Assembly: GCA_024137785.1 (NCBI GenBank) | Contig: JAHRHZ010000051.1 | Location: forward strand, 16,994,291 to 17,058,290 | Direction of reading: 5' to 3' | Length of the DNA stretch: 64,000 nucleotides | Origin: Ginglymostoma cirratum | Taxonomy: Eukaryota | Part shown: in pieces, positions 49,490-62,989 of the stretch | Layout: each line of letters starts with the position of its first letter | How positions within the stretch are numbered: position 1 is the first letter of the stretch | Notes under the pieces: model-generated | The model's input: the letters and a program-made list of their open reading frames with translations, nothing else | What the model was told of the DNA's origin: nothing | Databases searched by the model: none | Made by a program: the position numbers and the translations under genes

Positions 49490-51175
49490 AATTTAAAGCA
49501 ATAACAGGAATTGCCAGAGAAACTCAGCAGGTCTGGCAGTATTTGTGGACAGAAAGCAGAGCTAACATTTCGGGTCCAGTGATCCTTCTTCAGAACTGAT
49601 TGTAGCTCAGAAAATGTTAGTATATTTGCTGAAGATGGGGTGGGGAAAGGGGGGAGCAGAAATGAAAGGTGGAGATGGAGCTCAGCGACAGAGAGAGAAC
49701 AACAGTCCAGAAGACAAAGAAAGAGGTAAGGGTCAGCCTAAGAGAATCAATAGCTGCTAATGGGTAAGAGTAGCTGTAAACGGGCTGTTTTGAAAGTAGC
49801 CCATGCAATGACAAGGCTTGGCAATTAGGGGTTGGGAGAAGGACAGGAAGAAGGTGCTCATCCCTTGAAATTATTGAACTTGATATTGAGTCCTGAAGAC
49901 CCCCAGCAGAAAATGGGATGATGTTCTTCCAGCTTGCATCGAGCTTCACTGGAGCACTGCAGCAAACCCCAGAGATGTTGGCTGGGAACATGATGTTGTG
50001 TTCAAATGGCAGGCAGCCAGAGGCTCATGGTCATTTTGTGGACAGAACTCAAGGTTCCTCCAAAAGACTCACAAAGTAGGGGAGGGGAATATGTGTCTGA
50101 TGGTGGAATTCCACTAGAGTTGGTGGAAATGGTGGCTTATGATCCTTAGGATATGGATGCTGATGGGGTGGTAAGTGAGGACCGGGGGGCCCTACTGCTT
50201 TTGTGGGTGGGAAGAGAAGGGGTGAGGGCTGAATTGCGGGAGATGGGTCGGATTGGACACAGCTGAGGGCTCTTTTAATCACAACACTGAGGAATTCTTG
50301 GTTGAGACCTTGCTTGTGGAAGCTGACATCATTTGAAGAGATGTGATGGAGACAAGAAAGTGGGAGAATGAAATGGAGGCTTTACAGGATTAGGGTGTGA
50401 GAATGTACAGTCAAGGTAACTGTGGGAGTAGGTGGGTTTGAAGTGCATATTGTTGGGCAGCCCATCCCAAGAAATGGAAGCAGAGATGTTGAGGAAGGGA
50501 AGAGTCAGAGATGGACATATTCCCCTCCTCTCCCCTTGGCACCCTTCCATAGGGACCATTACATTTAGGACACTCTGGTCCAATCCTCCTCCACTTTCGA
50601 CACCTCCTTACTGTCCTGTGGCACGTTGCTATTCAACTGCAGAAGGTGTAACACTTGCCTGTTCACTTCCTCACTCCACCATTCAAGGCCCCAAACACAG
50701 CTTCCAAGTGAAGCTATGATTCACCCACACTTCATTCAATCTAGTGGGCTATGTTCACTGCTCACAATGTGGTCTCCTCTATAGCGGGGAAATAAAATGC
50801 AGACTGGTGACCACTTTGCAAAACACTACATTCTGTTCACAAAAATAACCATGAGCTTTCTGTTGCCTGCCACTTCAGCAGACCACAATGTTCCCGACCA
50901 ATGTCTCTGTCTCAGATTTGCTCCAGTGCTCAAGTGAAGTTCAGCGCAAGCTGGAGAACAGCATCTCATTTTCCACCTGGGGACCCTGCAGCCCTCAGGA
51001 CTCAATATTGAATTCAATAACTTTATTGCCTGAGCACCTTCTTCCATGTCCTTCGCTCAACTCCACACACTAGGCTTTGTTATCACATGGGCTGCTACCA
51101 CAACCAACCCATTGTCAACCATTAATCGTCCCCTTGAGTAGCTATTGATTCTTCCAGGCTGACCTCAAGCCATTC
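49490..51175. mobile_element. Older Penelope-like element, minus-strand arm (49490-50520) joined to plus-strand arm (50520-51175)
   Basis: Plus arm shows degenerate GIY-YIG sequence (C..CGLLYSGE..RL.DHFA.H, LLQCSSEVQRKLE..LIF.LGTLQP.GLNIEF). The minus arm has the same tail plus YKPT.SHSYLD-like RT sequence. Confidence 0.7.
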
Positions 51176-51264
51176 CTTTGGGGAGGCGTTGAGAGCTAAA
51201 ACTATGCAAGGCATTACTCAGACCACAGTGGAATACTAGTTTTCGGACCCGTCCCGAAGGAAAG

Positions 51265-51905
51265 GTACTGGCATTAGAGGAAGTCCAGACAAGGTTTACT
51301 AGACTGATATGAGGCATGAGGGACTATCCTATGAGAAGAAGTTGAAAAGATTAGGTCTATATCATTGGAACATAGAAGAATGAGAGACATATAAGATTCT
51401 TAAGGGATAATGAAACAAAGGACTAAGGATACTGGGGATCTGAAGCACAGCACTGAGCTCTGAAGATGAGTCTGTGGACTTGAAATGTTCAAGATGTTTT
51501 CTCTCCACAGATGTTGCCAGACTTGTTGAGTTTCTCCAGCAATTTCTATTTTCCAGTATTTAAGAATGTTAAGGGACTTCACATGGCGAACATGAAGAAA
51601 GGTTGTTTCCTCTGTGTGAGAGACTAGCACCAGAGGGCATCATCTCAGAATAAGGGATTGCACATTTAAAACAGAGATGAGGAGGAATTTCTTCTCTCAG
51701 AGGGCAGTGATTCTGTGGAATTCTTTCCTGCAGAGAGGTCATTATATTCAAGGCTGAGACAGTCAGATTTTTAATCAGTGAGGGAATCAAGGGCTATGGG
51801 GGAAAGACAGGAAAGTGGAATTGAGGATTTTCAGTTTAGCCACAATCTCATTGAATAGTGGAACAGTCTTGATTGGCTGAATGGCTTACTTCAGCTTCTA
51901 TGTTT
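51265..51905 (+). mobile_element. CR1-type LINE 3' fragment interrupted by a short PLE-derived insert at 51408-51560
   Basis: LEEVQTRFTRLI..LSYEKKLKRLGLY before the insert, and TRGHHLRIR...RRNFFSQRAVILWNS after it. Confidence 0.8.
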
Positions 51906-54129
51906 TAGGGTCGAAGGTCTTATAACAATCGTCTAACCAACTAGCACTTTTCATGCTGTTCTCTTTGTGGCTTTTTAAAAATTTTTATGTCCTGATGATA
52001 CAAGATGAAAATCTCTGACTACATGATTCCAAGCCATATCTTAATTCTGAAAAAAATGAATAAGTGGATCCGGTGGTCTAGTGGTCTCTCTTAATCTTTG
52101 GAAGCTGTGATTTAATCCAATCTAAATAGGTGGGGATAGAATTGTCCTTATTCAGCTGGTTACTCTATCCTTATTAAAGTAAATGATTTTGAACAGTTTT
52201 AATTCAGATCCTGGTTGGTATTGGCTGTAATTTACATTAAGATAAAACAACTTTGTTATGTGTTCAGGGAATCCAGTAAAGGGCTGAACACTCTGCAAAG
52301 CAGACTTGACCTCACCCAGGCCGGAGCAGTGTGTGCTTCCCTTCCACAACCACATTTCTACATCACTTTGTTTTCAACTCAGGCTGTGACTCCTGATTTA
52401 TTTTCTGTTGTTTCAGCATACTACAAAGTTGAAATTGTTTTGCATCAATGTGAACCTCTTGGAGTGGCTGTACCTTAAACTGGCAGTCACTAAGGCAGGT
52501 GACATACCTGTCGATATGGGAAATGAAAAGACCAACCCAAAGGGAATACAGGCACTAACAGGAACAAAATTGCAACCCACTGCTCCCCCCACCCCCTCCC
52601 CACCCCACCCTGTGTCACTGAAAAAACAGCCTCAGAATCTTCTGAGGCATAGCAGAAGGAGTTTGCCCTACAGCTAAACAATGATGTACCTGACTGAGGT
52701 CAGGCTGCTGTATGATGTTCCATTCTTTGCCTGTGACAACTCTTCTCTAATGAGCACTGACATTCACTGAAAGACAATGGAAAGTACTACTATCAATGCA
52801 GTGATTAAAGGGAGTCAGTCAAATCTGTTAGAAGTCGGTAGAATTGCAAAGAGTTCTTCAATCTGGAGGTTTAGCTGTCTCGCAAAATGCATCACAAACA
52901 GCCCGACAAAAGCTAGCTAACCTAGAAATTCAACTCCAGGAATCTTTTCTTCATCTAAAGAACAACACACTGTACCTAATACAAATATTTGCATTTCTAA
53001 AGACCTGCTCAATGCTTTCTGTTCTATGGTCTAAATGACCTAACTGGGCATATCAGAGGAATTGGGGGTAGGAGGTGAGCTACTTGTGATCCTTTATCAG
53101 GACAAGATAATTTCAAACAGAGGAATGCTAGACATCTAACAACCTAAACGACTGTGTACTGTCAATTGCTCTTGCAAGGAGCTTTTTTTTTACCTTGGGG
53201 TCAAGAAAAGTTTTATACGTCCAAAAGCTAATGACATTAGAGTTAAAATTATTAAGGTTCTGACATTTAAGAGAAGTGGAAAGATTGCTTACCTGTGCAC
53301 AAAAGGATTGTTATCTGCATGCCCCAGCCCGCAAAAGTGGATTCCACAGCGACAAATTACTCCACACCAGAGGTCACTGCAGACAACATTTCACCTCAAC
53401 AACTTGCATTCATATACTGTCGTTAAGTTACAGGAACATCTGAAGGTGCTCCACAAAGCATTATCAAATAAACATACAACGTCAAGCCATACCAAGAGAT
53501 ATTAGGAAAAAATAGGCAAAATCTTGGTCAATGAGTCTATGTGGAGTATTTTAAGTGGGTGGGGTGGGGGGGGGGGGAGCGGTGTGGCAGGGGGCAGAAA
53601 AGTTCAAGGTGGAACTACATGTTAGGACCCAGCGGGCTCTTGGAGAAATGAGGATCCGAGATGTGTAAGAAGCTAGAATGGGAGCTGTGCAGGGATCTCA
53701 TTGAGCTGTCAAACTGCAGGAGATTATAGAGGTAGATTTTCAGTCATATATTGTGAAACAGTGAGTAGACCCTTAAGTAAATACATTTCCAGGGCGTTAC
53801 CAAAACAAAAACAGAGAGTCCGGAGAGACACTCTGTGATTCTGATTGGATGTGAATTCTTTGCGTCCTTTAGGATAAGTTCATCCCTCTCTGAGATGCAC
53901 CATAAAGTGATATGTGCTGGTTAGAACATTTCACTGTAACATAACAGCCATTTTTTTTTTACAAACTTGCAATGATTATGTCACAGTCATCAATTGTTGA
54001 GCTTCTTTATCATAAATGTCAGCAGGAGGTATGTTGGCGATTGAAACTAGTACACAAAGCTATGAATAGTGCAAAAACAAAGACAGAACTAAACTTTTTC
54101 ACTTGCACATAGTGTATACAAACCATTAG

Positions 54130-54345
54130 GAGTCCATTTGCTCAGTTGGCTGGATGGCTGGCTAACAATACAATTTGATATGAACAATGTGGGTTCAGTT
54201 CCTGCATTGGTTGAGGTTATCATGAAGGACTTGCCTTCTCAAACTTTCCAATTGTCTGAGATGTGGTGACCCTCAGATTGTATCACCACTAGTTATTTCT
54301 CTCTAATGAGACAGCAATCCTCTGGGACTATGGCAATTTTAAACC
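54130..54345 (+). mobile_element. tRNA-derived SINE
   Basis: GCTCAGTTGGCTGG A box and GGTTCAGTTCC B box; same family as 5435-5600. Confidence 0.6.
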
Positions 54346-54864
54346 ATCCATATGACAAAAAAGTAAGGAATTCAAGGCAGTCACCTTGAATAGCTGACGT
54401 CTTGCTCTCAACTGGCCATGTTTGTCACATGTTTGCACACTGTATGAGAATTTTTCATTTCAAACAATAAATGATTTAGAGCTCATGATAAAAGTTGAAC
54501 ACGTTACTTTCACTTAGGGTGCCAAGTGGAAGTCCCTCCACAGCAACACACAAATCACACATTTAGGATGAAATTGATTCCCTGGCTTTTAAGATGTATA
54601 TTCAACACTTTCAAGTACTTTATATAATTCAAATAATTAATGCTATTGATAGCCTGATTTGTGGCTCATGGTATATTATTTACTGTTTGTAATGAACATG
54701 ATTTTGAAATGCATTTTTTTTGTAACCTTGTCTATGCTATTCTGCTGGGAGTTCAAACATGTAGAGAGATTGGATCACATTATTAGAGTTAAATGTTCTT
54801 TTTCAATTAAAATTCGTTCAGTAAAACCCTTTTATGATTTTCTGTCTTGCTATCAAAGTTTTTT

Positions 54865-55220
54865 TTCTTTTATTCATTCATGGGATAAGGGCGTCACTGG
54901 CTAGGCAGCATTTATTGCCCATTCCTAATTGCCCAAAGGGCAGTTAAGAGTCAACCACATTGCTGTGGGTCTGGAGTCACGTGCAGGCCAGACCAGGTAA
55001 GGGTGGCAGTTTCCTTCCCTAAAGGACATTCGTGAACCAGATGGGTTTTTTCCAACAAAAAAAAGCCTTATGCTCATCATTACACTCTTAATTCCAGATA
55101 TTTATTGAATTCAAATTCCACCATCTGCCATGGCAGGATTTGAACACAGGTCCCCAGAACATTATCTGGGTCTCTGGATTAACAGTCCAGCAATAATACC
55201 ACTTAGGCCATCACCTGCCC
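54865..55220 (-). mobile_element. Near full-length tRNA-derived SINE
   Basis: Minus-strand head GGTGATGGCCTAAGTGGTATT...GTGTTCAAATCC and tail ...CCCATGAATGAATAAA. Tail copies at about 48495-48620. Confidence 0.7.
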
Positions 55221-55639
55221 ACAATTGCACATTGCTTAGAAGTTGGAAGTATAGGATGTGAAATGATTGTGAGCAAATTAAATGTTTTATAGTATACTGT
55301 TATTCAGTGTCATTATTTTCTGTTTGTTTCCAATTTAGTGGAGTAAATGCACATTATGAGGAACAAATTAAGCAGACCTCTCCTGCACAAGTGTTACCTT
55401 GTAGCTTCTAGCTGTCATTTTTTAGTGAATACCGCCATCTCTTGTGCTTTTTGCACATTGCACATATAATGAGAAAAACTTTCAGATGTCCCATGCTATT
55501 TAAGTGCAGTCACTGTTGTAATATTTTACACTACAAATTCTACAAATGTCAAGCTGACAAACAGCTTGCAGATTTCTTGATTCCAAACTAAAACAAAATA
55601 ACTTGGTTGTTGGAAATATCCAAAATTAAAGCCGAAAAT

Positions 55640-56085
55640 AAGGAGCTATAAGGAGAGGTTGGACAAACAAGGGTTGTATTTTCTGGGGTGGCAGAAGCTG
55701 AGAAGAGACGTAATAGAAGCTTATAAAATTATGAGAGGCATACATTGGGTTGACTGTCAGAATCTTGTTCCCAGAGTTGAAATGTCTAATACTAGAAGAG
55801 GAAGTTTAAGATAAAAGGGGATAAGTTCAAAGGAGATATGAGGGGCAAACTTTTTCCTTAGAGAGTGGTAGATGACTAGTTCACGCTGCCAGGGGTAGTG
55901 GTAAACGCGAATACAATAGGGGCATTTAAGGGGCTTTTAGATAAGCACATGAATAAGGAAGGAATGCAGGAATATAGACCATGGGTAGGCAGAAGGGATT
56001 AGATTAATTTGATGTCATGTTTGGCACAACATTGTTGATCAAAGGGCCTGTTCCTGTGCTGTACAGTTCTATGTTCTATGTTCTA
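55640..56085 (+). mobile_element. CR1-type LINE 3' end
   Basis: SYKERLDKQGL..KLRRDVIEAYKIMRG and a tail of (TTCTATG) repeats. Confidence 0.85.
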
Positions 56086-56487
56086 AAATGCTGGAAATAC
56101 TCCACAGAGCAGGCAGCATCTGATAACTAAGATACAGTTAGTAAAATCTGTGACCATTTCTTGGTGTTTTGATGAAAGATTACAGACCTGAAATATTAAT
56201 TTTGTTTTGAAACCCTGAACAGATCCTGTTGAGTACTTGCAGTCTTTTCTGCTCTTTTTTTGATAAAGTTGTTTGAGAGATAAAGATTAGCCACGACACT
56301 GTTGAGAAAAAGCTTAATTTTTTTTGTAATAGTGCCATGAGATCTTTTACATTCAAATTTGAAGGTAGACTGGCCTCAGCAGTATGCTTATCATTTCACA
56401 AACAGCAGCTCTGACTGTGTGGTACTCCCTCAGTTCTAAAATAGAGTATCAACCCAGATTTTGTCACAAGTCTCTGGGCTGGGATGT

Positions 56488-56800
56488 GCTGTGGCATGGT
56501 GGCTCAATGGTTAGCATTGCTGCCTCATGGTGCCAGGAGCCCAGGTTCAATTCTCCCCTCAGGTGACTGTCTGTGTGGAGGTTGCATATTCTCCCCATGT
56601 CTGCATGGGTTCCTCTGGGTGCACCTGTTTCCTCCCACAGTCCAAAAACATGTAGGTTAGGTGGATTGGCCATGCTAAATTGCTCATAGTGTTGAGGGTG
56701 GAAAATGCAGGCACAGAGTAAGGGGTGAGTTTTGGTGGGATGCACTTTGGAGGGTCAGTGTGGACTGAATGGCCTGCTTCCACACAGTAGGGATTCTATA
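56488..56800 (+). mobile_element. HE1-like V-SINE
   Basis: tRNA head GGTGGCTCAATGGTTAGCATTGCTGCCTCA...GGTTCAATTC, V-domain CTGTGTGGAGGTTGCATATTCTCCCC...TTTCCTCCCACAGTCCAAA and CR1-like tail. Characteristic of elasmobranchs. Confidence 0.85.
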
Positions 56801-57293
56801 ATATAGTTTCTTCTATGAAGTGGGTATACCCACTGACCCATGGCCAAACAAGCCTTTATAACAAGAAATCACATGCAATAAATAATCACACACATTATCT
56901 TGGTCTATCTACAGCCATTCATAATTGTACAAGGATATTTGAAGCTGTGTTCTTCATTGATGATATTGAAGGAATAACAATTTATTGCCGTATAAATGTG
57001 TGGCATCATAAACACTCCTGCTGCATTATTTACATAATACACATGCTAGAAAGTTCAACATAGAATAGTTGTCATCAGACAACAAATGCAAAATATAAAA
57101 TGGTGGATCTGCAGTGTGGGAACCGCACAAAATGTGCTTTAATGATTTGAAGGTTTTTTTGAATTTTATTTTCATTTTCTTAAAAGAGGTTGGTTTAACT
57201 GGCAATGTTGATTATTGGATGTAAGTATTTTGTACCTGGAAGCCTCATGTTTGAACCCTGGTCTCCAGCATCTGCCGCTCAAAGAGAGAAGGA

Positions 57294-57915
57294 ATAGAGT
57301 CATAGAGTCATAGAGTCATACAGTGTGGAAACAGACCTTTCGGTCCAACCAGTCCATGCCGAACATAATTCCAAACTAAACTAGTCCCACTGCCTATTCC
57401 CAGCCCATATCCGTCCAAACCTTTCCTATTCATGTACTTATCCAAATGTATTTTCAGCATTATAATTGTGCCCACATGGACCACTTCCTCAGAGAGTTCA
57501 TTCCGCATGCAAACCACACTCTGTGTAAAAAAGTTTGCCTCTCATGTCTTTTTTAAATCTCTCTACTCTTACTAAAAATGTGTCCCCTAGTCTTGAAATA
57601 CCCCATCCTTGGGAAAAGACACCTACCATTAACCCTATCTGTACCCCTCATGATTTATAAACTGCTATAAGCTTACCTTCACCTCTCAACTGCCTATGCT
57701 CCTGTGAAAGAAATCCCAGTTTATCCAGCTTTTCTTTATAACTCAAACCTTCCATACCCAGCAACATCCTGGTAAATCCCTTCTGACCCCCCTCCAACTT
57801 AATAATACCAGAAGAGGTCGCAGCAATGTCCTATACGACCTCAACATGACTTCCCAACTCTCAAACTCAAAGGACTGAGCAATGACGGCAAACATGCCAA
57901 ACATCTCTTTAATCG
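57294..57915 (-). mobile_element. CR1-type LINE 3' fragment with (ATAGAGTC)3 tail
   Basis: ORFs 57308-57517 and 57743-57943 resemble the CR1 ORF2 end; octamer tail repeat at 57294-57320. Confidence 0.85.
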
Positions 57916-58349
57916 TTTTAGATGAGTTACCGGGGAAGTGCAATAGTCACTGGAGGGTGATGGGTGTTTTTCCAATTTCACTTAAAGCCACTCTCTGATA
58001 CATCTTTCAGCATCTCCTGCAATTTACTGCAATTCATGGAATTGTTGAGGGATTCCCAACAAAAAAGGTGGAACGTGGACATAGATGAAGTGTGGCATTT
58101 GTACCCAAGGATAGTTTGAACGTACATACTGGAGATGGCCTTCGTCATGTTACTGGTTAGTCAAACTTGACAAAATAATATTCCACCCCTATTTCTTCAT
58201 TTTCCCTCTGTTTCGGTTCTCAGTGTCCTGCACCATTTCCCAGATGAGACATGGCTGTACTCAATCAACTCCTCCCGTTGTGGTTCGAAAGAACTGAGTG
58301 ACAGAGATAAGCATTAACTTTCATCTCCTTAGAGAATCAATTCACAGAT

Positions 58350-58760
58350 GAACACAAGAAACAGAAGCTATCTGAAGTCTTTCGGCCCTTCAAGTCTGCC
58401 CCACCAAGATCATGGCTAATCTACTTCAACCCTATCTTCTCTCATTATCTCCGTATCCCTTTAATTCTAACTAAAATTCTATATGTTTATCTTGAACAAA
58501 GTCCACAACCAACCATCCACAGTCCTCTGAGGTAGAGACCTCCAAAGATTTACAATCCTTGAGTGAAGAAGCATTTCCTTAACCCAATCCTTAAAAATCA
58601 ACCACTTATTCTGAGATTCAGAGCCCATTGCTTTAAATTCCCCAAGAGAAGTATTTTCTCATAATTTACAACATGAGTCTCCTTAAAAAATGAAGAGGTT
58701 TCAATCAGATCATCTCTCTCATTCTTCTACATTGCAGGAAATAAAGGCTATTCAATCTCC
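58350..58760 (-). mobile_element. Degenerate CR1-type LINE 3' end
   Basis: TCGGCCCTTCAAGTCTGCCCCACC...GATCATGGCT 3'UTR motif and TGAGTGAAGAA (FFTQ) on the reverse strand. Confidence 0.65.
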
Positions 58761-58789
58761 AGTCATCATTGTCTTCATCTTCTTACAGC

Positions 58790-59275
58790 TGATGGGTAGC
58801 TCCAATTTGGTGCCATTCAAGGCTGGAGGTCATGCCTTGGAATGCATGCAATTCTTCTGGCAGCAATGCAATTTCATCTGTAAAAGGTCTGTTAACTAGT
58901 GCCTTTTGCAGCCTGCATAAACTTTAATTTACTTCCTGGGAATGCCGTGCTGTCTTACAGTGTATCAGAGTGACTGCCAATGGATGTTACCTTCTTGAAT
59001 TTAAGGCCATAACAAGGCACACCAATCACCATCAGCTTACAGAGCATCAAGGACATTGATGACTTCCCATGGGAGCAATACCTCCAGGCATGGTGATGAG
59101 GAGATTGACATCCATACAGAATGAATTAAACAGCATCAATCCACTGGTGACTCCCTACAGTGTGGGCACTCAACTCTGCCCGTTGTAGTACCAAGTGCAG
59201 TCTACGCCAGTGAGACATGGGAGTGGAAAGTGATGGCATCACATAGGTTGGATGTCTTTGACAAGTGCTAGTATC
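58790..59275 (+). mobile_element. Degenerate RTE-like LINE fragment
   Basis: DDFPWEQYL..HGD...I / VVVPSAVYASETW / LDVFD-like peptides typical of the RTE post-RT region. Confidence 0.5.
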
Positions 59276-59289
59276 ATGTAGAAAGCATT

Positions 59290-59885
59290 TGAGTGCAGAA
59301 GTAAGACTTTCTTACTACAATTGAACAGGGCCTTGCTAAGACCAGTCCTGGAGTATTGCATTCAGTTTTAGTCTGCCTAACCAAGAAAGAAGGTATTTGC
59401 CATAGACAGAGTGCAGCAAAGATTCACTGTGTTGATACTGAGGATAGCAGGACTGTCCTATGAGAATAGATTGGTTCAGCTGCACTTGTATTCACTAGGA
59501 CTTAGAACAAGGGGAGGTGATCTCCTTGATAAGTGTAATATTTTACCAGGGCTTAACAGACTAGATGCAGGGAGAATGTTCTTGTGATTGGAGAGTCCAG
59601 AATGAGGGATACAGTCTCAGAATGTGGGCTAGACCATTTAGGACTGAGGTGAGGAAAAGTTTTTTTTCACTCCAAGGGTAGTGAACCTGTGGAATTTGCT
59701 ATCACAGAAGACAGTGGAGGCCAACTCACTGAATATATTGAAGAAAGAAATAGATATCTTTTTAGAAATCAAAGGCACCAAGGGTTAGAGGGAGAAAGCA
59801 GCATTGAGATAGAGGATCAGCCATGATCCCAATGAATGGTGGTGCAGGCTCTAAGGATCCTGCTCATTGTTTCTTTGTTTCTATG
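59290..59885 (+). mobile_element. CR1-type LINE 3' fragment
   Basis: RALLRPVLEYCIQF, RVQQRFT, LSYENRL, FFTPRVVNLWNL. Confidence 0.85.
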
Positions 59886-60609
59886 AGACACAACATCACT
59901 TATGAAAAAGTGTTTCACAGGGCTAGTCAGAGGTGCCTAGAGAAGATGGCGATAGCCGGAGTTGACAGATTGGCAACATACCTTCCAGAGGGACAGTTGA
60001 AGTCTACAGTGATGTTTAGTTTACTCAATGTCTCCTCGTATATCCTCATCCCAGGAATCAGTCTGGTGAACCTTAATTGCACTTCCTATAGGAGCAAGTG
60101 TGTCCTTCCATACGTTCAACTTGCATGAGTGAAGCTGCCAGAACAGGCTCCAAACAATGAGTTTCCACTTCTGACAGAAGTTTCACAACCAAATGCAGTC
60201 TTTTCATTTCTCTTCACGGAGATGGGCTCAGTTGCTGTGCTGCTCTGTAGTGTTCAGTTTTCATGCTTATCATTGTCATCAACATTAGGCATCTTCACAT
60301 TAGGTACAGCTAAGACTTGCCTTCAAACATTTTAGTGATTTATTGAGAAAAAGTAAGAATAGAACACAATAAATATGTAAGAAACTGAAACATTGCCACT
60401 GTTAAAAGTGTCATATCTTGGTATATAGCGCCATCTAATGTTTTCAATAAATATTTCATGACATTTATTTCTAAATTCATCTATGCTCATACATAAAAGG
60501 CACTCAACATTATTAAGACCAAAAAAGTATTCACAGATTGAGGGATAGAGCAGTGCGATCTTCATTTTATTATCAGGATTATTACTAAACCAAAATTCCA
60601 GGTGCTGTC

Positions 60610-60840
60610 ATGAGGGATTTTTTAAAGAATCGGTTATATGGAAAAGGTATGAACAGGCAGTGGAAGCAGATTCAGTAGTAACTTTCCAAGGGCCACTTAG
60701 ATGCATGCTTGAAAAGAAGAACATTTCAGAGCAATGATGAAAGAGCAGGGAGTGTATTGATTGACTTTCAAGAAACAAGCACAAGTTGAATGGTCCGAAT
60801 GGCCTCCTCAGTGGTCTACAATTCTCTGATTCCATGATGA
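60610..60840 (+). mobile_element. Degenerate CR1-type 3' end
   Basis: GCAGTGGAAGCAGATTCA...GGTCCGAATGGCCTCCTCAGTG tail motif. Confidence 0.6.
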
Positions 60841-62989
60841 GGAAAAGGAAGAGGACAGCACTGATGACAATGTGACAAAAATGTGGGATACAAAGGGGTA
60901 AATGGAATGTGGGTTCCAAATTAGATGGGATAAAAGGGCAAAAAGCTGAACTGAGATACTCAGGCTGTGGGAAAGCTGAAATATGTACGGGTGATAATAA
61001 ACATAGGGAGTTAAATAAAAATGACAATGGCAATGAATGGTGGATATGCGTTTTCTCTGTATGATTAAACCCTAAGCATTTCTTGACTCCATTCCTGATC
61101 AATAGCTATCTAATCTCCTCTCATAATGCCAATGTTATCTCCTAATATAAATAGTCCCCTTTTCTTGGATACAATTGCCCTCCATTTTAAAACTGTCAAA
61201 ATCATATCCATCCTTAAAAAAATACAAACTACTTTACTGTCCTCGGAAACCACCACACTATCACCAATCTCCCTGCCTATCTCCAAATTTCTTGAACCTC
61301 ACAAATATGTGCCAATTTTCCTATAAATCCATAGTCTAGCTCTCAAATTAGGTTTCTCCTGATCACAGCAATCTCACAGAAATGGCCCTAATCTGTGAAT
61401 GTGAATATCTCAGTCCTCCTCATTCATCTCAAACTGGTTTGTCACTTTTATCCTCAGCTTATTGCTAATCACCATCCACCATACACATGCAAAAAGTTAG
61501 CTTTTCCACCTTGGCATAATTACCTCTGTGCAGACACTGAACCAGACGATCATTGATCTAGGAATAGCAAAGCGAGGGCACACATGACTGATCTCAAAGA
61601 GGGGTGCCAGTAAAAATCTAGCACTCAATTTAACAGTTCACATTGCTTTGAATAGTGCTGAGGTTCTTGCATGCTGTTGGACCTGCAACCAAACAGGCAA
61701 GTGGGGAGTATTCCATCACGCTGCTGACTTGCGCGTTGTAGATGGCGGGCAGGCTTTGAGGATTCAGGAGGTGAATTACCTGCCACAGAATTCTCAGCCC
61801 CTCACCTACTTGGTATTTATATGGCTGGTCACAAAGTCTCTTCTAACGTAGGTCAATTAAAAAATTTTAAACCAAATTTGACAGACTTTTCTTAGAAGAG
61901 GGTACAAAGAGTTATGTAGATGGAGTTAATATATAAATTAGAACAAAATCGGGGTTGATTCCCATTTTGGGTGGAGCTGCTTCACAACCTGCTTTCTTGC
62001 TCTGCCTGGGGAGGGAGGAGGTGGGGGAGAGATTGCTGTGCTGTGGTCAGATCTGCTTTTGTATGGAGAACTTAAGGATAAGAATGCACGGATCAGTCAC
62101 AAGATGTCTTAATGATGGATTAGGTTCCTGTGGGTGAATAATCTCCTCCTGATACTATGTTTCCTGTACAATCAAGAGGAAACTGATCCTAACCATGCCA
62201 GATCTGTGCCACACATTAGCAGACTGCACACTAACAAAATGGAGTAAATTAAATTATGAGTAAGCATTTTTTTCTTTGAACCTGGGGTCACTGCAGATGG
62301 GCAAATTTATCATGCTCAGCACAATTTCCTTTAGTGTAAGAAAAACATCAATCTCTATGAATTTCTCTAACCCTAACCCAAACTCTAATTTCTTGCTCTG
62401 GATGAATCATACCCTCAAATTAAAAGGATCGTTGCTATTAGCATCAAAGTGAGATGAGGTACAATCTACAACGTCTTCCAATGGGGTCTGCGAATTTGAA
62501 TTAAAGTTATGTACTTTAAAATAGGAACAAGTTCTGCTATGTTTTCTTACTTGGTGATGAACTGGAATGAGGTAGGATGGATAGCGGCACATAGTCATAG
62601 TAGATGAACCAGTTTCCCAGCATTCAAAGTTGGACGTAAAGTCATTGCACAACTGAATAAATCACATTCAGAGGAATTTTGATTATCACGAGAACCAAGG
62701 AAAGAATTCTGATTGCAATTTAATGAAGTTATTTTGTCCCAGGGCATAGATGGTTACCACCACGAATCCAATACTGTTTCACAAAAACACCTACAAGTCT
62801 GGCATCCAGCTGCATAAGTGAAAATGATGAAATGAAGGCCCCATTAGCATTTTAACCAGTCCTTGTGTATCACTCAGCTTGAAAAAAACTACTTCAAATT
62901 TTATTTTTCAGCAAGGTATCTAAGAATTAATTGCCAATTAAAGGGAATCCAATCTATGACAATCATATTCAGCTACTTTGTCAGCAATG

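Noticed and set aside
53556-53596. G-rich tract with G-quadruplex potential (also 17664-17687, 34929-34957)
   Set aside because: Simple G-runs are common; the 53.5 kb one lies in a decayed LINE fragment and nothing supports a function.
56488-56560. tRNA-like A/B boxes (also at 2092-2342, 13360-13420, 54135-54205)
   Set aside because: These are SINE heads followed by SINE bodies; no complete cloverleaf.
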